Positions 52,146 through 63,955 are shown, numbered from the stretch's first letter. The stretch: 64,000 nucleotides of DNA from an uncultured delta proteobacterium (GCA_963822965.1 CAWGJT010000013.1:221531-285530), one strand, 5' to 3'. Notes: generated by a model from the letters alone, not told the origin. Program-made: numbers and translations.

Positions 52146-53924
52146 ATGCGATCCCTGCTCCACCTGCTGCCCTACCTGTCACGGTACCGGCTTCCCTTCT
52201 GGCTGGGCAATGGGGGACTGCTCGTCGCCCGCCTCTTCGAGGCGGTGATCCCGCTGCTCCTCAAGCAGGGGATCGACAGCGTCGCCGCGGGCCATGCCGC
52301 CCTCTTCTGGCCCTCGCTGGGCATCCTGGCCTGCGTCCTCGGCCGCTTCGTGGCCATCGTCTCGAGCCGACGGGTGATCCGCCGCATCGGCATCGCCGTC
52401 GCCTACGACCTGCGGAAGCGCCTCTACGCGCACCTGCAGCGCCAGGGCCCGCGCTTCTTCGCGCGCCACCCGACGGGCGACCTGATGGCGCGCGCCATCA
52501 ACGACATCGCACTGGTGCGGCAGCTCGTCGGCCTGGGAACGCGAACGATCCTGGTGCTGCTCTTCTCCGCCGCGGTGGGCTTCGCGTTCATGCTCGTGCA
52601 GTCCCCGCGGCTCACCCTGCTGCTGCTGCCGCCGCTGCCGGTGATCACGGTGAGCGCCTACCTGCTGGCGCGCCGGGTCTACGCCGACTCGACCGCCGTG
52701 CAGGCGGGCTTCTCGACCCTGTCCGACCGCGTCCAGGAGAACATGAACGGCATCCGGACGATCCAGGCGCTGGACCAGGAAGACGCGGAGACCCGGCGGT
52801 TCGGCGCCGTAAACCACGACTACGCAGACCGATACTACACGCTGATGCGTACAAACTCGATCATCGCGTCGCTCATGCCGCTGCTCGGCGCCGCCTGCAC
52901 CCTGGTGATTCTCGGTGTGGGCGGCAACCAGGTGCTCGCGGGCACCATCAGCATCGGCACGTTCACGTCCTTCTTCTGGTACGTCGGCATGGTGCTCTGG
53001 CCGGTGCGCGAGGCGGGCAACATGGTGAACCTCGTGCAGCGCGGCGCATCCGCCACCACCCGCCTCTTCGACATCCTCGAGCACGAGCCGGAGATCGCCG
53101 ACCGTCCGACCCCCGATGCGCCCGAGCGGCTGCGGGGGACGATCTCGCTGCGCGGCGTCTCGTACACCTACGAGGGGGCCGACGCCCCGGCGCTGGACGA
53201 CATCCGTCTCGAGATCGCCGCCGGCGAGACCGTCGCGCTCGTCGGGCGCATCGGGTCCGGCAAATCGACCCTGCTCCGGCTCATCGTGCGCATCCTCGAT
53301 CCGCCGCCGGGGTCGGTGATCCTCGACGGACACGACGTGCGTGATCTGCCCCTCGCGACCGTCCGCCGCGACGTCGCCCTGGTACCCCAGGATGCCTTCC
53401 TCTTCGCATCGAGCCTGCGGGAGAACGTGGCCTACGACGATCCGACCCGAAGCGACGACGAGGTCTGGAAGGCCGCCGAGGCCGCAGACCTGCGCACCAC
53501 CGCGGAGGACTTCCCCGAGCGGCTCGCAACCGTGGTGGGCGAGCGGGGCGTCACGCTCTCGGGCGGCCAGAAGCAGCGCACCACCCTGGCCCGGGGCTTC
53601 GTGCGAAGCGCCCCGGTGCTGCTGCTCGACGACTGCTTCTCGAGCGTCGATACGGAGACCGAGGAGCGCATCCTGCGCCATCTCCGCGGGGTTCGCGCCG
53701 GACTCACGACGGTCCTCGTGTCGCACCGGGTGTCGACGGCCCGGCGCGCGGACCGCATCGCGGTGCTCGACGGCGGCCGCATCGCCGAGCTGGGAACGCA
53801 TCGCCAGCTGGTGGCCCGGGGCGGGCTCTACGCGTCGCTGGAGCGGGCCCAGCGACGGCGCGAGCACCTGATCGAAGAGCTCGACGCGGACGAGCCGGCG
53901 TCGCCGCCGGGGGGGGCGACGTGA
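52146..53924 (+). CDS. ABC exporter, fused permease/ATPase (MdlA-like subunit)
   Basis: TGDLMAR, Walker A GRIGSGKST, LSGGQKQR, degenerate Walker B LLDDCFSSVD. Confidence 0.93.
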   Translation: MRSLLHLLPYLSRYRLPFWLGNGGLLVARLFEAVIPLLLKQGIDSVAAGHAALFWPSLGILACVLGRFVAIVSSRRVIRRIGIAVAYDLRKRLYAHLQRQGPRFFARHPTGDLMARAINDIALVRQLVGLGTRTILVLLFSAAVGFAFMLVQSPRLTLLLLPPLPVITVSAYLLARRVYADSTAVQAGFSTLSDRVQENMNGIRTIQALDQEDAETRRFGAVNHDYADRYYTLMRTNSIIASLMPLLGAACTLVILGVGGNQVLAGTISIGTFTSFFWYVGMVLWPVREAGNMVNLVQRGASATTRLFDILEHEPEIADRPTPDAPERLRGTISLRGVSYTYEGADAPALDDIRLEIAAGETVALVGRIGSGKSTLLRLIVRILDPPPGSVILDGHDVRDLPLATVRRDVALVPQDAFLFASSLRENVAYDDPTRSDDEVWKAAEAADLRTTAEDFPERLATVVGERGVTLSGGQKQRTTLARGFVRSAPVLLLDDCFSSVDTETEERILRHLRGVRAGLTTVLVSHRVSTARRADRIAVLDGGRIAELGTHRQLVARGGLYASLERAQRRREHLIEELDADEPASPPGGAT

Positions 53925-55776
53925 GCGCGCAGCGGGACCACTCCGTCTTCGAAGCCGAGCTCTCGGGCCGGGCCTTCGACCTCCACCTGCTCCGCCGCCT
54001 GCTCCGGTGGATGCGGCCCCACCTGGGGTTGGCGGCCCTCTCCGGCTTCTTCGTCGTCGCGGCGTCGGTGCTCGCCGTGCTCGGGCCGGTGGTCATCTCG
54101 CGGGTGGTGATCGACGGCATCCTGGTCCCCGAGAGCGGCGTCGTCGCACCGACGTTCGGGATGGCCTCCGCGGCGGACTGGGTCGCACGCACGACGGGCT
54201 TCTCGCCGCTGGCCGCCGGCTGCGCGCTCTACGGCGCACTCGTGGCCCTGTGGTCGGGATGTCTCTACCTGCACCGCATCTCCCTATCGCGGGCGGTGCT
54301 GCGGGCCCTGCGCGACCTGCGCCAGGACCTCTTCTCGCACCTGGAGCACCGCCCCGCCTCGTTCTTCGACCGGGTGGCGGTGGGACGGGTGATGACCCGT
54401 GTGACGAACGACGTCGAGGTCCTCTTCCAGCTGCTGGCGGGCATGGGATTGCTGCTGGGCGAGCTGGTTCCCTTCCTGGTGGCGCTGGTGGTGATGTTCG
54501 GCATCGCGCCGAGGCTCACCTGGATCCTGCTGCTGGCCGTCCCCATCGTGGCGCTGGCCACCTGGGCGTTCCGCCGGGCCACCCGCACGATCTACCGCGA
54601 GATCCGCAACAGCGTGTCGCTGCTGAACCAGAACCTGCAGGAGAACCTCTCCGGGGTGGCGGTCGTGCAGCTCCACGGCCGCGAGGATCGCAACGCGGGC
54701 GTGTACGACCGGATCAACCGCAAGAACCGCTTCGAAGAGAGCCGCGCCATCGACATCGAGACGTTCTACAACCCCTTCGTGCAGAGCCTCGCCTCCATGG
54801 GGCTCGGGGCGGTGTTGTGGTTCGGGGGGCGCGACGCCCTGGAAGGCGTGATCAGCCTCGGAAGCGTGGTGCTCTTCGCGCAGTTCATCGACATGCTGTT
54901 CCGGCCGATCGTCGCCGTGGGCGAGCAGTACAACGTGCTCTACCGCGCGATGGCCAGCTGCGAGCGCATCTTCCAGGCGCTCGACTGGGACGAGTCCCTG
55001 CCCGAGCCCGAGCATCCCGTGGCGCTCCCGGGACGTCTCGCCGGCGAGGTCGAGTTCCGCCACCTCTCGTTCGCCTACCGCCCCGGCCGGCCCGTTCTCG
55101 AGGACGTCTCGTTCACCATCGCGCGGGGGAGAAGCTCGCGATCGTGGGGCCCACGGGCTCGGGCAAGACCACCCTGATCCGGCTGCTGGGCCGCTTCTAC
55201 GCGTTTCCGCGGGGCAGCATCTTCCTCGACGGCATCGACCTGCTGGACCTCCGCTCCCAGGACGTGCGCCGTCGCATCGGCGTCGTGCTGCAGGACTTCC
55301 ACGTCTTCGCCGGCAGCGTGCGGGAGAACATCGGCCTCGGCGACCCCGAGATCCCGCCGGAACGCATCGAGGAGGCGGCGCGCCTCGTGCACGCCGACGC
55401 TTTCATCCGGGCGCTTCCCCGCGGCTACGACACGCCGCTGCTCGAGCGCGGCGCGAATCTCTCCCACGGCCAGCGGCAGCTGCTGGCCTTCGCGCGCGTG
55501 CTGGCCGCCGACCCCGAGATCCTGGTGCTCGACGAGGCGACGGCCAGCATCGACACCGAGACCGAGCGGCTCATCCAGGACGCACTCGCACGCGTGACCG
55601 CGGGCCGCACCTCGATCCTGATCGCGCACCGGCTGCAGACGATCCGGGAGGCGGACCGCATCGTGGTGTTGCAGCACGGCCGGGTGCGCGAAATCGGCAC
55701 GCACGCGGAGCTGCTCGCCCGCCGCGGCGTCTACCACACGCTCTACGAGCTCCAGTTCCAGGACGCCGCGGCCTGA
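53921..55776 (+). CDS. ABC exporter, fused permease/ATPase (MdlB-like subunit), with a frameshift at 55125-55129
   Basis: TM domain (VGRVMTRVTNDVE) in one frame; NBD (GPTGSGKTT, LSHGQRQ, LDEATASID, IAHRL) in another; one extra G in the G5 run joins them. Confidence 0.9.
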
Positions 55777-55824
55777 GAGCGCTCGTCCCTCCACGGCGGG
55801 GACAGGCGGCGTATACTGCGCGGC

Positions 55825-57903
55825 ATGGCACGCCCCCCCTCGAAGCCCGAATCGGACGGCGACACCGGCAACCACTCCAAGACGGATCCCGCCCGGCCGG
55901 GTCGCAAGCCGCCCCTGGGCGACATGAAGCCCCGGGCGCGCTTCTCCCTCGCCTACTACCTGGCGATCCTCGCGCTCTTCCTGCTGCTGCAGTCGGTCTT
56001 CTTCTCCGGCACCGACGCGAAGGAGATCCCCTACAACGAGTTCCGGGCCGCGGTGGACGCCGGGCGCGTGGAGGAGGTGGTGATCTCCAAGGACCGCATC
56101 TACGGCCGGATGCGCGCCGAGAACGAGAAGGAGCCGGCGAAGAAGCACCCGTTGGAGGTTCCGGAGGCGAAGGCGCCCTGGCACCTCGGTCGCATCGTGG
56201 AATGGTGGCACGACGTCCGCGGCGACCTGGCGCGCGAGCGGAAAACCCAGCAGGACGAGGCGAAGCGCACGTTCACCGTGGTGCCCCTGGACGACCCGAC
56301 GCTCCTGCCGGCGCTCCAGGAGCACGGCGTCGAGTACAGCGGCCGCATCGATTCGAACTGGCTGAAGGGCCTCCTCTTCAACTGGATCATCCCTTTCGGT
56401 GTGATGTTCCTCATCTGGTTCTTCCTGATGCGACAGATGGGACGCGGACCGAGCGTCCTGCAGATGGGGCAGAGCCGGGCGAAGATCTACGAGCTCGATC
56501 CGAAGTCCCGGGTGCACTTCACCGACCTCGCCGGCGTGGACGAAGCCATCGAGGAGACGACCGAGATCGTGGGCTTCCTGAAGGACCCCGCGAAGTTCAC
56601 GAAGCTCGGCGCGAAGCTACCGAAGGGCGTGCTGCTCGTCGGGCCGCCGGGGACGGGCAAGACGCTGCTCGCGCGCGCCATCGCAGGCGAGTCGGAGGTG
56701 CCCTTCTTCAGTCTGAGCGGCTCCGACTTCGTCGAGATGTTCGTCGGCGTCGGGGCGGCACGGGTTCGAGACCTGTTCCAGGAGGCGAAGAAGGCGGCGC
56801 CCTGCATCATCTTCATCGACGAGCTCGACGCGATCGGCAAGGCACGCGCCCAGGCGGGCTCTCCCGTCACGGGCGGCTACGACGAGCGCGAGAACACCCT
56901 GAACCAGCTGCTCGTCGAGATGGACGGCTTCGATACCTCGTCGGGCGTCGTGATGCTGGCCGCCACCAACCGCCCCGAGGTGCTGGACCCGGCGCTGCTC
57001 CGTCCCGGCCGTTTCGATCGGCGCGTGGTGGTGGACCGCCCGAGCCGGGAAGGACGCCGGGCCATCTTCAAGATCCACGCACGCAAGCTGCCCCTGGGCG
57101 ACGACGTCGACTTCGACGCCCTGGCGGCCCAGACCCCGGGCATGGTGGGCGCCGACATCGCCAGCGTCTGCAACGAGGCGGCGCTGCTCGCGTCGCGGGT
57201 CGCCCGGGGTCACGTCGCCATGGCCGACTTCCAGGAGGCCGTCGAACGAACCATCGCCGGTCCGCAGAAGAAGAGCACCATCGTCACGGCGGACGAGCGA
57301 CAGCGCATCGCCTACCACGAGTCCGGGCACGCCCTGGTCACCCACATGACGCCCGGCGGCGACCCGGTGCAGAAGATCTCCATCATCCCGCGCGCGGCCG
57401 GCGCGCTGGGCTACACGCTGCGGATGCCCACCGAGGACCGCTACCTGCTCTCGCGTCCCGAGCTGCTGGACCGGGTGCGGGTGCTGCTGGGCGGCCGCGC
57501 CGCCGAGGAAGTCGTCTTCGGCGTGATCTCCACGGGCGCCTCCGACGATCTCGAGCAGGCCAGCAACATCGTGCGCCAGATGCTGACCGTCTACGGAATG
57601 AGCGAGAAGGTGCCCAATCTGTCCCTGGTTGCGCGTACCGGAACGAGCTACCTGGGCCCCGGCTTCGACCAGGTCCCGCACTCCCAGGAGCTCGCCCGTA
57701 CCCTCGACGAGGAGGCGTCCGCCATCCTGGAGCGTTGTTATGGCGAGGCCCGCTCGCTGCTGGTGCGCGAGCGCGAGCGCCTCGAGTCGCTGGCCAAGCG
57801 ACTGCTCGAGGAAGAGGAGCTCGACCGCAATGCGGTGGCCTCGATCCTGGGCGGGCGGCCCGAGCGCGCAGCCTGGACCCCCGGAACCCCGGACACACCG
57901 TAG
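55825..57903 (+). CDS. ftsH: ATP-dependent zinc metalloprotease FtsH
   Basis: Two TMs, [55 protein letters not shown]. Confidence 0.97.
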   Translation: MARPPSKPESDGDTGNHSKTDPARPGRKPPLGDMKPRARFSLAYYLAILALFLLLQSVFFSGTDAKEIPYNEFRAAVDAGRVEEVVISKDRIYGRMRAENEKEPAKKHPLEVPEAKAPWHLGRIVEWWHDVRGDLARERKTQQDEAKRTFTVVPLDDPTLLPALQEHGVEYSGRIDSNWLKGLLFNWIIPFGVMFLIWFFLMRQMGRGPSVLQMGQSRAKIYELDPKSRVHFTDLAGVDEAIEETTEIVGFLKDPAKFTKLGAKLPKGVLLVGPPGTGKTLLARAIAGESEVPFFSLSGSDFVEMFVGVGAARVRDLFQEAKKAAPCIIFIDELDAIGKARAQAGSPVTGGYDERENTLNQLLVEMDGFDTSSGVVMLAATNRPEVLDPALLRPGRFDRRVVVDRPSREGRRAIFKIHARKLPLGDDVDFDALAAQTPGMVGADIASVCNEAALLASRVARGHVAMADFQEAVERTIAGPQKKSTIVTADERQRIAYHESGHALVTHMTPGGDPVQKISIIPRAAGALGYTLRMPTEDRYLLSRPELLDRVRVLLGGRAAEEVVFGVISTGASDDLEQASNIVRQMLTVYGMSEKVPNLSLVARTGTSYLGPGFDQVPHSQELARTLDEEASAILERCYGEARSLLVRERERLESLAKRLLEEEELDRNAVASILGGRPERAAWTPGTPDTP

Positions 57904-58071
57904 GAACACCGGTTTCGGGGTCCTTCCTGCCAGGCGGCCAGCCGGAACGGCCGCCACCGAATCCCGGAATCGCGTCCCATCGGGAACCCGGACGGGGAGC
58001 GGCGTGTCCCAACGGACAGTCCGCCGGCAGGCATCCCGCACGCCCGGCAGGCGACACGGCGAGGAACGGAC

Positions 58072-59586
58072 ATGAAGCGCATCGTATCCATGGGAATCGT
58101 GTTGGCGGTGGGGTGCGCGCTCGGCCTCTGGCTGGCTCGTTCGGAAGGGTTCGGAGGGGCCGCCCCGACGAAGGGCCTGCCCGGCGCCGCGACACCGATC
58201 GCGGCGGTCTCCGGCGGCACCGCACCCGACGACATCGTGACGGGCGACGGAAAGCACTCGCGCTTCGCGGTGCTGGCCCGGCAGGCCGCGCCGGGCATCG
58301 TCAACGTCCACACGTCGAAGACCGTCGTGCAGAACGCCCCCTTCGGCGGCTTCCCGTTCGGCGGTCTCTTCGGCCAGCTCTTCGGCCAGCAGGTTCCGGG
58401 CGGTCCGCAGCGTGGCGCGCCCGAGCCCAGGAGCTTCACGGTGCCCAGTCTGGGCACGGGCTTCGTGATCTCGGACGACGGCCTCATCGTCACGAACAAC
58501 CACGTGGTGGACGGCGTGGAGAAGATCGACATCGTCTTCTCGGACGGCACGCACCTGCCCGGCGAGGTGGTGGGCACCGATCCCAAGACCGACGTGGCGC
58601 TGATCCGCGCCAAGGGAGAACGCAAGTACGTCCCGCTGCCCCTGGGCGACTCCGACGACATGCTGCCCGGCGACTGGGTGGTCGCCATCGGCAATCCCTT
58701 CGGGCTCGACCACACGGTGACGGCGGGAATCGTGAGCGCCACCGGCCGCGACATCGGCCAGGGGCCCTACGACGACTTCATCCAGACGGACGCCGCCATC
58801 AACCCGGGCAACTCGGGAGGGCCGCTCCTGAACCTGTCCGGCCAGGTGGTCGGCATCAACACGGCCATCAACCCCCAGGCCAACACCATCGGCTTCGCGG
58901 TCCCGATCAACATGGCGAAGGCCATCCTGCCGCAGCTCCAGGAGCACGGGAAGGTGGTGCGCGGGTGGCTCGGCGTGGCCGTGCAGCCGATCACGCCGGA
59001 TCTCGCCGACGCGCTCCATCTCGAGACCCAGGAAGGCGCGTTGGTCGCTCAGGTGTCGCCCGGCGGTCCCGCCGAGAAGGCCGGGATCGAGCGGGGCGAC
59101 GTGATCGTGCGTCTCGGTGACACCGAGATCCATCGCATGCGGGAGCTGCCCCGGGCGGTGGCGGCCGCGGAGCCCGGCACCAAGATCGACGTCGAGGTGA
59201 TGCGCAAGGGCGAGAGCAAGACCCTCCACGTCGAGATCGCCGAGATGGCCGCGGACCAGAACGCACAGGCCTCCACCCCCCAGCCCGGCGACGACCAGGG
59301 GTCCACGGCCTTCGGCTTCGACATCGCCGACGTCCCGCCCGCGATCCAGCAGAGACTCGGTCTGACCGAGCACGAGGGAGCGCTCATCACGCGCGTCTAC
59401 CCCGGCGGCGGCGGCGAGCGGGCCGGCCTGCGCCCGGGAGACGTCATCGTCGAGGTCGATCGCGACGCCGTCACCGGCGGACTCGACGCCGAGCAGAAGC
59501 TGCGGAAGGCGGGCGACAACACCCTGCTGGTGCTCCGCCGCGACGACACCACCTTCTTCGCAGCGGTCGAACGCAAGAAGGATTGA
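58072..59586 (+). CDS. DegP/DegQ (HtrA) serine protease with two PDZ domains
   Basis: SLGTGF, TNNHVV, TDVAL, IQTDAAINPGNSGGPL, RGWLGV, AGLRPGDVI. Confidence 0.95.
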   Translation: MKRIVSMGIVLAVGCALGLWLARSEGFGGAAPTKGLPGAATPIAAVSGGTAPDDIVTGDGKHSRFAVLARQAAPGIVNVHTSKTVVQNAPFGGFPFGGLFGQLFGQQVPGGPQRGAPEPRSFTVPSLGTGFVISDDGLIVTNNHVVDGVEKIDIVFSDGTHLPGEVVGTDPKTDVALIRAKGERKYVPLPLGDSDDMLPGDWVVAIGNPFGLDHTVTAGIVSATGRDIGQGPYDDFIQTDAAINPGNSGGPLLNLSGQVVGINTAINPQANTIGFAVPINMAKAILPQLQEHGKVVRGWLGVAVQPITPDLADALHLETQEGALVAQVSPGGPAEKAGIERGDVIVRLGDTEIHRMRELPRAVAAAEPGTKIDVEVMRKGESKTLHVEIAEMAADQNAQASTPQPGDDQGSTAFGFDIADVPPAIQQRLGLTEHEGALITRVYPGGGGERAGLRPGDVIVEVDRDAVTGGLDAEQKLRKAGDNTLLVLRRDDTTFFAAVERKKD

Positions 59587-59625
59587 GGGCGTCGAGCCCC
59601 GTCCACGCCCTCGCTCGGCGCGGGC

Positions 59626-60576
59626 TCAGCCCGCGCCGAGCAACGAGCGGCCGTTGTTGCCGTACCAGTCGAGGATGCCCTGCCACACGTCTTCGGCGGT
59701 CTCGGCGAACCAGAAGAGGTCGCGATCCTCTGGGTCGATGGTGCCCTCCTCGACGAGGAAGTCGACGTCGACGACGCGCCGCCAGTATCGCTCGCCCACC
59801 AGGATGACCGGGATCGGCTCGATCTTTCGGGTCTGCACCAGGGTGAGGGTCTCGAAGAGCTCGTCCAGGGTGCCGAATCCTCCGGGGAAGGCGACCAGCG
59901 CCTTCGCCCGCAGCAGGAAGTGGAGCTTGCGCAGGGCGAAGTAGTGGAATCGGAAGCACAGCTCCGGCGTCACGTAGGGGTTCGGGTACTGCTCGTGGGG
60001 GAGATCGATGTTGAGACCCACGGTCTTGGCGCCCGCGTCGTGGGCTCCCCGGTTGGCGGCTTCCATCACGCCCGGACCGCCGCCCGTCACCACCACGAGC
60101 CGGCAATCGAGGGGGCCCTCGCCGGACTCGGCGACGAGGCGGCCGAGGTTCCGAGCGATCTCGTAGAAGGCGCTCTTCTCGCGGATTCGTTCTGCCCGGG
60201 CGAGGCGCAGCCGAAGCTCGGCGTCCTCGGGATGCCCGTCCAGCCGGCCACGCAGCTCCTCGACATGGCGGGCCGCCGCGGCCGGCTCCATGATGCGCGT
60301 CCCACCGAAGACCACGATCGTGCTCTGGACGCCGTGGCGGTCCAGCAGCAGCTGGGGCTTCTGGTAGTCGATCTGGAGGCGCACGCCCCGGGTCTCGGGT
60401 GCGTTCAGGAAGTCGACGTCCTCGTCCGCTCGCCGGTAGCTGGGGCTGCGCAGGATGCGCTCGACCTTCTCCGGCGCCTCGGCGTCCTCGTGCGGGGGCT
60501 TCGGGTGCTGCCAGGGCAGCGGCTCCTGGCGGTGGTCGGGACGGGGCGGGTGGGGAACGCGCGGCTTCGCGGACAT
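59626..60576 (-). CDS. LOG-family (TIGR00730-like) nucleotide phosphoribohydrolase
   Basis: TIVVFGG, TGGGPGVMEAANRGA, LPHEQYPNPY, FHYFALRKLHF, FPGGFGTLDELFE; start ATG 60576 after GGAG. Confidence 0.92.
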   Translation of the reverse strand: MSAKPRVPHPPRPDHRQEPLPWQHPKPPHEDAEAPEKVERILRSPSYRRADEDVDFLNAPETRGVRLQIDYQKPQLLLDRHGVQSTIVVFGGTRIMEPAAAARHVEELRGRLDGHPEDAELRLRLARAERIREKSAFYEIARNLGRLVAESGEGPLDCRLVVVTGGGPGVMEAANRGAHDAGAKTVGLNIDLPHEQYPNPYVTPELCFRFHYFALRKLHFLLRAKALVAFPGGFGTLDELFETLTLVQTRKIEPIPVILVGERYWRRVVDVDFLVEEGTIDPEDRDLFWFAETAEDVWQGILDWYGNNGRSLLGAG

Positions 60577-60831
60577 GGTCGGTCTCCTGGAACACGGGAC
60601 TCGGGGGGTGATGGCGCCCGCGGGAGCTTCACCCGCTTCGCCGATCCGCGCGAGCGCCGCTCGGCGCCCCGCTGGGGCGGCCTGCCCCGGGGCGCGGCGC
60701 GCAGGCGGGGGCCGGAAGCCGGCGCCGTCGAAGACGCCGGCCCGGGCTGGCGAGTGCCCGGCACCCGCTACCCTCCTCGAAGCGCTTCGAAGAGCCACGG
60801 CGTACCGCGCCCTGCACGGTGACCCTATCCT

Positions 60832-61908
60832 GTGTCTGCTGCCGACAACCGGGTGTTGCTTCCGAGCTCGCTGACCGATCCCGACTGCCGGGCGATCGCC
60901 CGCTCGTTCCAGCGACGGAAGTCCCGCCAGCCGGTGGTGCTCGACGGATCGGCGCTGGGCCCCCTGGATTCCCTGGGCGTCGCGCGGCTCCTGCGCCTGG
61001 TGGCCGCGGGGCGGGACGTCGGCGTCGAGGTCCGGCTCGACCACCTCGAATCGAGCGTCCACCGCGCGCTGGCGGACGCCGACCCGCGAATCCTCGAGGA
61101 GGCGGCGAGGCCGATACGCCCCCACCCCCTCGAGTCGCTGGGCGCCCGGACCCTCGACGTGAGCGACGGCATCGCCGACACCGGCGAGCTGCTGTGGGAG
61201 ACCGGGGCCAGCCTCGCGACCCCCCTGGGCCGGCGGGGGATCAAGTGGGACCGCGCGCTCCAGCAGATGAACCTGGTGGGGGTGAGGGCCGTCCCCATCG
61301 TCGCCTTCGTCTCCCTGCTGATCGGCGTGGTGCTGGCGCTGAACGGCGCCTTCCAGCTCCGCCAGTTCGGAGCCACGATCTTCATCGCCAACCTGGTCGG
61401 AATCTCGATGACGCGCGAGATGGGTCCGATCATCACGGCCGTGATCGTCTCCGGCAGGACGGGCTCCGCGATCGCGGCCGAGATCGGCGCGATGAAGATC
61501 ACCGAGGAGCTCGACGCCATGCGCACGATGGCGCTCAACCCGATCCGCTTCGTGGTGGCGCCGAAGATGCTCGCGCTCGTCGTCATGATGCCGCTGCTCA
61601 CCGTGCTGAGCAACGTGGCCGGGATGCTCGGCGGCTACCTCGTCGGGATCGCGGGGCTCGAGCTCTCCAGCGACGCCTATCTCTCGCAGACCGTGCGGGC
61701 CCTCCACGTCTCGGACGTGATGACGGGGCTCTTCAAGAGCCTCGTCTTCGGATTGATCGTGGGCGTGGTCGGCGTCCGCCGGGGCCTCGCCGTCCGGGGC
61801 GGACCCGAGGCAGTGGGCCTGGCGACCACGTCGGCGGTCGTCACCGCGATCACGCTCTGCATCATCGCCAACGCGTGCTTCACGGCCTTCTTCTACTACA
61901 CCCGGTGA
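60832..61908 (+). CDS. mlaE: MlaE-family ABC permease with N-terminal STAS-like domain
   Basis: LDSLG (STAS-like), REMGPIITAVIVSGRTGSAIAAEIGAMKITEELDAM, VGLATTSAVV; start uncertain. Confidence 0.88.
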   Translation: MSAADNRVLLPSSLTDPDCRAIARSFQRRKSRQPVVLDGSALGPLDSLGVARLLRLVAAGRDVGVEVRLDHLESSVHRALADADPRILEEAARPIRPHPLESLGARTLDVSDGIADTGELLWETGASLATPLGRRGIKWDRALQQMNLVGVRAVPIVAFVSLLIGVVLALNGAFQLRQFGATIFIANLVGISMTREMGPIITAVIVSGRTGSAIAAEIGAMKITEELDAMRTMALNPIRFVVAPKMLALVVMMPLLTVLSNVAGMLGGYLVGIAGLELSSDAYLSQTVRALHVSDVMTGLFKSLVFGLIVGVVGVRRGLAVRGGPEAVGLATTSAVVTAITLCIIANACFTAFFYYTR

Positions 61909-61912
61909 CGCG

Positions 61913-62710
61913 ATGACCCGAAGCCCCGAGCCCCTGCTCTCGGTCGAAGACCTGTCCGCCGGATACGGCGACCAGATCGTGCTCGACGGCGTCTCGCTCG
62001 GCCTCGAACGCGGCGAGATCCTGGTGGTCATCGGGCCGACGGGATCGGGCAAGAGCACGGTGCTGCGCTGTATCGTCGGGCTCGTGACCCCGTCCCGGGG
62101 ACGGGTGCGGATCCGGGGGCGCGACATCCACGCCGCCGAGGACGAGGAGCGGGAGCAGATCCTGCAGGACGTGGGCATGGCCTTCCAGGAGGCCGCGCTC
62201 CTCAACTCGATGACGACCGTGGAGAACGTCGCGTTTCCCATCATGGAGCACTGGGGAGTCGAGGAGGAGACGGCGCTGATGCTGGCGAGGCTGCACCTGT
62301 CGCACGTGGGTCTCGCGGGCGCCGGACGAAAGCTGCCCTCCGAGCTGTCGGGGGGAATGCGCAAGCGGGCCGGCATCGCGCGGGCGATGGCCCTCGAGCC
62401 CTCTCTCCTGGTCCTCGACGAGCCGACCTCGGGCCTCGACCCCACGACGGCCCGGGAGATCGACGAGCTGGTGCTTCGCCTCAAGGCCCGGGGCGACATG
62501 GGCATCCTGGCGGTGAGCCACGAGCTCGGCAGCATCAACACGATCGCCGACCGCGTGGTCATGCTCTACGACGGGCGCATCATCGCCTCCGGCACCCTGC
62601 CCGAGGTGCGGGACAGTGACGACCCCCGGGTCCAGGCGTTCTTCGGGCGCGCCCTCGTGGAGGGCGAGGCCGCGCGCAGCCTCGCCGACCTGCTGGAGTG
62701 CGACGAGTGA
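61913..62710 (+). CDS. mlaF: MlaF-family ABC ATPase
   Basis: GPTGSGKS, PSELSGGMRKRAGIARA, LDEPTSGLDP, VSHE. Confidence 0.9.
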   Translation: MTRSPEPLLSVEDLSAGYGDQIVLDGVSLGLERGEILVVIGPTGSGKSTVLRCIVGLVTPSRGRVRIRGRDIHAAEDEEREQILQDVGMAFQEAALLNSMTTVENVAFPIMEHWGVEEETALMLARLHLSHVGLAGAGRKLPSELSGGMRKRAGIARAMALEPSLLVLDEPTSGLDPTTAREIDELVLRLKARGDMGILAVSHELGSINTIADRVVMLYDGRIIASGTLPEVRDSDDPRVQAFFGRALVEGEAARSLADLLECDE

Positions 62711-63624
62711 AGCGGACGCACGCCAACCTGATCCGGGTCGGCCTCTTCACCCTGGTGGCGGGGAGCCTGCTGGTGGCGGGGCTGCTCTGGATCGGGGGCT
62801 CGCGCATCCTGCGTCCCCGCGACCACTACACGGTGCTCTTCTCCGAATCCGTGAGCGGCCTCAGCGCGGGCTCGATCGTCGCCTACCAGGGCGTGCAGGT
62901 CGGCCGGGTGCGCGCGATCCACCTCACCTCGGACATCCCGCCGAAGGTCTCCGTGGACATCGGTCTCGACCCGGGCACGCCCGTGCGCCGGGACACGACG
63001 GCGGCCCTGCGCGGCTCCATCGTGACGGGTATCCAGTTCGTGGAGCTCGAGGGGGGAAGCGAAGAGGCGGGGCCGATGGAGCAGGGCGGGGTCATCCCGG
63101 GAAGCGTGCAGTCCCTGGTAGACTTCCGGGACCGCCTGGCGCGCATCGCCGACCTGACCATTCGCATTCTCACGCGCTTCGACGAGGACGTCCTCACGAA
63201 GGAGAACACCGAGCGCGCGAGCCAGATGTTGGCCGATCTGTCGGACACCGCGAACCGCCTGAGCGAGGCCGTCGACGCCTTTGCGGGCGAGGACGAGCAG
63301 GCCGACGTCGCGCACATGGTCGACCGTATGACCCGGGCCGCCGACTCCGTCGACGAGACCTTCAGCGACTGGAACAGCCGGCGGGAGGACCTGTACGCGT
63401 CGCTCCGCTCCACCACCCGGGAGCTCGACGCGGCCATCGCCGACGGTCGGGCCGTGCTGAAGCGCACCCGCGAGGAGTTCGGCTCCGGAGGCGAGACCGC
63501 CACCCTGCTCGAGGACCTGAGCCGGGCCACGGCCCGGCTGCAGGAGACCCTGGACCTGATCGAGGCGGATCCCTCGGTGCTGCTGCGCGGCCGCGAGATT
63601 CCGCAACGGGAGTTCGAACGATGA
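62707..63624 (+). CDS. mlaD: MlaD/MCE-domain protein
   Basis: VGLF TM anchor, FSESVSGLSAGSIVAYQGVQVGRV, VTGIQFVEL, helical C-terminus ending DPSVLLRG. Confidence 0.9.
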   Translation: MKRTHANLIRVGLFTLVAGSLLVAGLLWIGGSRILRPRDHYTVLFSESVSGLSAGSIVAYQGVQVGRVRAIHLTSDIPPKVSVDIGLDPGTPVRRDTTAALRGSIVTGIQFVELEGGSEEAGPMEQGGVIPGSVQSLVDFRDRLARIADLTIRILTRFDEDVLTKENTERASQMLADLSDTANRLSEAVDAFAGEDEQADVAHMVDRMTRAADSVDETFSDWNSRREDLYASLRSTTRELDAAIADGRAVLKRTREEFGSGGETATLLEDLSRATARLQETLDLIEADPSVLLRGREIPQREFER

Positions 63625-63955
63625 CCCGCCGCCGAGCGCTCAGGATCACCCTCGTCGCCTGCGCCCTCGTCGGCGGAGCCGCCGGCTGTCTGTCCCCGCG
63701 CTCGATGCCGGCGATGGTCTACTACACGCTGGCGCCTCCGGGAGAGCCCAGCGCCAGACTGCCCGGTCCCGCCCGGGTCGAACGCTTCGAGGTCGACGCC
63801 GCCTATTCGCCCGTGCGGCTCGCGCACCGGGGCTCCCCCTATCGCCTGGAGTACTACACCTTCCACCGCTGGGCGGGGACGCCGCAGGACGCAGTGACGG
63901 GGGCGGTGCGGGACTACCTGGGCCGGGCGGCCGCCCCGAACGAGGCGGACGAAGC
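63621..63955 (+). CDS. PqiC-like ABC-type transport auxiliary lipoprotein (truncated at contig end)
   Basis: ATGA overlap with mlaD; MTRRRALRITLVACALVGGAAGC lipobox, YYTL, YRLEYYTFHRWAGTP; no stop before the end of the window. Confidence 0.8.
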
